From assembly GCF_009914755.1 (NCBI RefSeq), contig NC_060927.1: a stretch of DNA of 64,000 nt; one strand, 5' to 3'. The translations under genes and the position numbers were made by a program. This DNA comes from the human T2T-CHM13v2.0 reference genome, Homo sapiens. The notes under the pieces were generated by a model. It made no database searches. It was not told the DNA's origin and saw nothing but the letters and a program-made list of their open reading frames with translations. Of the stretch, positions 55,872-64,000 are shown piece by piece. The number at the start of each line of letters is the position of its first letter. Within the stretch, counting starts at the first letter, position 1.

Positions 55872-56888
55872 ATGGGTAAAAAACAGAACAGAAAAACTGG
55901 AAACTCTGAAAAGCAGAGCACCTCTCCTCCTCCAAAGGAATGCAGTTCCTCACCAGCAACGGAACAAAGCTGGACGGAGAAAGAGTTTGACAAGCTGAGA
56001 GAAGAAGGCTTCAGATGATCAAATTACTCTGAGCTATGGGAGGACATTCAAACCAAAGGCAAAGAATTTGAAAACTTTGAAAAAAATTTAGAAGAATATA
56101 TAACTAGAATAACCAATACAGAGAAGTGCTTAAAGGAGCTGATGGAGCTGAAAACCAAGGCTCGAGAACTACGTGAAGAATGAAGAAGCCTCAGGAGCCA
56201 AAGCGATCAACTGGAAGAAAGGGTATCAGTGATGGAAGATGAAATGAATGAAATGAAGTGAGAAGGGAAGTTTAGAGAAAAAAGAATAAGAAGAAATGAG
56301 CAAAGCCTCCAAGAAATATGGGACTATGTGAAAAGACCAAATCTATGTCTGATTGGTGTACCTGAAAGTGAGAGGGAGAATGGAACCAAGTTGGAAAACA
56401 CTCTGCAGGATATTATCCAGGAGAACTTCCCCAATCTAGCAAGGCAGGCCAACGTTCAGATTCAGGAAATACAGAGAACACCACAAAGATACTCCACGAG
56501 AAGAGCAACTCCAAGACACATAATTGTCAGATTCACCAAAGTTGAAATGAAGGAAAAAATGTTAAGGGCAGCCAGAGAGAAAGGTCGGGTTACCCTCAAA
56601 GGGAAGCCCATCAGACTAACAGCAGATCTCTCGGCAGAAACCCTACAAGCCAGAAGAGAGTGGGGGTCAATATTCAACATTCTTAAAGAAAAGAATTTTC
56701 AACCCAGAATTTCATATCCAGACAAACTAAGCTTCATAAGTGAAGGAGAAATAAAATACTTTACAAACAAGCAAATGCTGAGAGATTTTGTCACCACCAG
56801 GCCTGCCCTAAAAGAGCTCCTGAAGGAAGTGCTAAACATGGAAAGGAACAACCGGTACGAGCCGTTGCAAAATCATGCCAAAATGTAA
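55872..56888 (+). pseudogene. L1 ORF1p remnant (element 3)
   Basis: ATGGGTAAAAAACAG at 55872 to TAA at 56888 spans 1017 bp, with premature TGA stops in the N-terminal half. The C-terminal 186 aa are in the ORF track. Confidence 0.92.
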
Positions 56889-56951
56889 AGACCATCGAGA
56901 CTAGGAAGAAACTGCATCAACTAACTAGCAAAATAACCAGCTAACATCATA

Positions 56952-60773
<3,822 letters not shown>

Positions 60774-60826
60774 ACAATGAGATCGCATGGACACAGGAAG
60801 GGGAACATCACACTCTGGGGACCGTT

Positions 60827-60850
60827 GTGGGGTGGGGGGAGTGGGGAGGG
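60827..60850 (+). other. L1 3'UTR polypurine tract, G-quadruplex-forming motif
   Basis: GTGGGGTGGGGGGAGTGGGGAGGG has four G-runs. Confidence 0.7.
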
Positions 60851-63800
60851 ATAGCATTGGGAGATATATCTAATGCTAGATGACAAGTTAGTGGGTGTAG
60901 CACACCAGCATGTCACATGTATACATATGTAACTAACCTGCACAAGGTGCCCATGTACCCTAAAACTTAAAGTATAATAATAAAGGAAAAAAAAAACTTA
61001 AAAAAAAATAAATAAATAAAGGGAAAGAACTGGGAAAAAAAAAAAGAAAGGTTCAACTTTGTGAGTTGAATGCAGGCATCACAAAAAATTTTCGGAGAAT
61101 GCTTCTGTCTAGTTTCTATGTGAAGATATTTCCTTTTCCAGCATAGACATCAAAGCGCTACAAATATCCACTTGCAGATTCTACAAAAAGAGTGTTTCAA
61201 AAGTGCTCTATCAAAAGAAAGGTTCAACACTGTTAATTGAATGCACACATCACAAAAAGTTTCTGAGAATGCTTCCGTCTCGTTTTTATGTGAAGATATT
61301 TCGTTTTCCAACATAGGCCTCAAAGGAAACAAAATATCCACTTGCAGATTCTATAAAAAGAGTTTTTCAAAACTGTTCTATCAAAGAAAGGTTCAACTCT
61401 GTGAGTTGAATGCACATATCACTAAGAAGTTTCGGAGAATGCTGGTGTCTAGTTTTAATGTGAAGATATTTCCTTTTTCACCATAGGCCTCAAAGGGAAA
61501 AAAATATCCACTTGCAGATTCTACAAAAAGAGTGTTATTAAACTGCTGTATCAAAAGAATGTTTCAATTCTGTGAGTTGAATGCTCACGTCACAAAGAGG
61601 TTTCGGAGAATGCCTCTGTCTAGTTTTTATGTGAAGTTATTTCCGTTTCTACCATAGGCCCCCAAGCTCCCCAAGTATCCACTTGCAGATTCTACAAAAA
61701 GAGTTTTTGAAAACTGCTCTATCGAAAGATAGTTTCATCTCTGTGAGTTGAATGCACACATCACAGAGAAGTTTCTGACAATGCTTCTGTCAAGTTTTTA
61801 TGTGAAGATATTGCGATTTCCAACATAGGCCTCAAAAGGAACAAAATATCTCCTGGCAGATTCTCCAAAAAGAGTGTTTCAAGACTGCTCTATCAAAAGA
61901 AAGGTTCAACTCTGTGTGTTGAATGCACACACCACAAAACAGTTTCTGAGAATGCTTCTGTTTACTTTTTATGTTAGGATATTTCGTTTTCCAACATAGG
62001 CCTCAAAGGAAACAAAATATCCACTTGCAGACTCTACAAAAAGAGTGTTTCAAAACTGCTCTATCAAAAGAAAGGTTAAACACTGTGAGTTGAATGCACA
62101 CATCACAAAGAAGTTTCTGAGAATGCTTCTGTCTAGTTTTTATGTGAAGATATTTCCTTTTCCACCATAGGCCTCAAAGCGCTCCAAATATCCACTTGAA
62201 GATTCTACAAAAAGAGCGTTTCCAAACTGCTCTATCAAAAGAAAATTTCAACACTTTGACTTCAATGCACGCATCACAAAGTTGTTTCGGAGAATGCCAC
62301 GATGTAGTTTTTACGTGAAGATATTTCCTTTTCCAGCATAGGACTCAAAGCGCTCCAAATATCCACTTGAAGGTTCTACACAAAGAGTGTTTCAAAACTG
62401 CTCTATCAAAATAAAGGTTCAACTCTGTGAGTTGAATGCACACATCACAAAGTAGTTTCTGAGAATGCGTCTGTCTAGTTTTTATGTGAAAATATTTCGT
62501 TTTCCACCACAGGCCTGAAAGGAAACAAAATATCTACTTGCTGATCCAACAAAAAGAGTGTTTCACAACTGCTCTATCAAAAGAAAGTTTCAACTCTGTG
62601 AGTTGAGTGCCCATATCACAAAGAAGTTTCAGAGAATGCTTGTGTCCAGTTTTAGTCTGAAGGTATTTCCTTTTTCACCACAGGCCTCAAAGGGAATGAA
62701 ATATTCACTTGCAGAATCTACAAAAGAGTGTTTCAAAACTGCTCTATCAAAAGAAAGGTTCAACTCTGTGAGTTGAATGCACACATCACAAAGAAGTTTC
62801 TAAGAATGCATGTGTCTAATTTTTATGTGAAGATAGATACTTCCCTTTCCACCATAGGCCTCAAAGCGCTCCAAATATCCACTTGCAGATTCTACAAAAA
62901 GAGAGTTTCAAAACTACTCTATAAAAAAAGTTTCAACTCTGTGTGTTGAATGCACACATCACAAAGAAGTTTCTGAGAATGGTTGTGTCTGTTTGTATGT
63001 CAAGATATTTCCTTTTTTACTGTAGAACTTAAAGGGAACAAAATATCTACTTGAAGATTCTACAAAAGGAGTGTTTCAAAACTGCCCTATCAAAAGAAGG
63101 GTTCAAAACTGTGAGTTGAAGGCACACATCAAAAAGAAGTTTCTGAGAATGCTTCTGTCTACTTTTTATGTGAAGATATTTCGTTTTCCAACATAGGCCT
63201 CAAAGGGAAAAAAATATCCCCTTGCAGATTGTACAAAAAGAGTGTTTCAAAACTGCTCTATGAAAAGAAAGTTTCAACTCTCTGGGTTGAATGCACACAT
63301 CAGAAAGCAGTTTCTGAGAAGGTTTATGTCTTGTTTTTATGGGAAGATATTTCGTTTTCAAACATAGGCCTCAAGGGAAACCTAATATCCACTTGTAGAT
63401 TCTACAAAAAGAGTGTTTCAAAACTGCTCTATCAAAAGAAAAGTTCAACCCTGTGAGCTGAATGCACATGCCACAAAGAAGTTGCTGAGAATTCTTCTGT
63501 CTAGTTTTTATGTGAATATGTTTCATTTTCCAACACAGGCCTAAAGGGAACTAAATATCCCCTTGCAGATTATACAAAAAGAGTGTTTCAAAACTTCTCT
63601 ATCAAAAGAAAGGTTCAACTCTGTTAGATGAATGCACACATCACCAAGAAGTTTCTGAGAATACCTCTGTCTAGTTTTTATGTGAAAATATTACGTTTTG
63701 AAACATAGGCCTCAAAGGGAACAATAAATCCACTTGCAGGTTCTACAAATACAGTGTTTCAAAACTGCTCTATCAAAAGAAAGGTTCAATTCTGTGAATT

Positions 63801-64000
63801 AAATGCACACATCACAAAGGAGTTTCTGAGAATCCTTCTGTCTGGTTTTTATGTGAAGATATTTCCTTTTCCAACATGGAACTCAAAGCACTCCAACTAT
63901 CCACTTTCAGATACTACAAAAAGAGTTTTTCAAACCGCTCTATCAAAAGAAAGGTTCAACTCTGTGAGATGAACACACACGTCACAAAGAAGTTTCTGAG

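Overview
This is human or great-ape centromere-edge DNA with no cellular protein-coding gene. Bases 1-4943 hold about 1.7 copies of a near-identical 2890-bp (17 x ~170 bp) alpha-satellite higher-order repeat (HOR) with CENP-B boxes in alternating monomers. This fits the chromosome 3 active array D3Z1, inferred from period and structure. The HOR ends abruptly and out of register, then passes into layers of divergent alpha satellite: a relic tetramer/hexamer-like HOR to ~13.4 kb, a mixed A/B-type layer with scattered CENP-B boxes to ~45 kb, and a box-free layer to the end, all in one orientation. Four retroelements, each with its own target-site duplication (TSD), interrupt the satellite. They are a 5'-truncated L1PA2/3 (13647-19039, minus), a twin-primed 5'-inverted L1 (35920-39050), a 5.7-kb ancestral-type SVA with a ~4.6-kb VNTR and a 3' transduction (47668-53387, minus), and a full-length L1PA2/3 with a short 3' tag (54969-61041, plus). 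The best leads are that the three independent L1s share non-consensus substitutions in a mosaic pattern, that two L1s hit the same monomer position, and that the SVA looks proto-SVA/LAVA-like with a VNTR that kept growing after insertion. Consensus comparisons are from memory and need checking by alignment.
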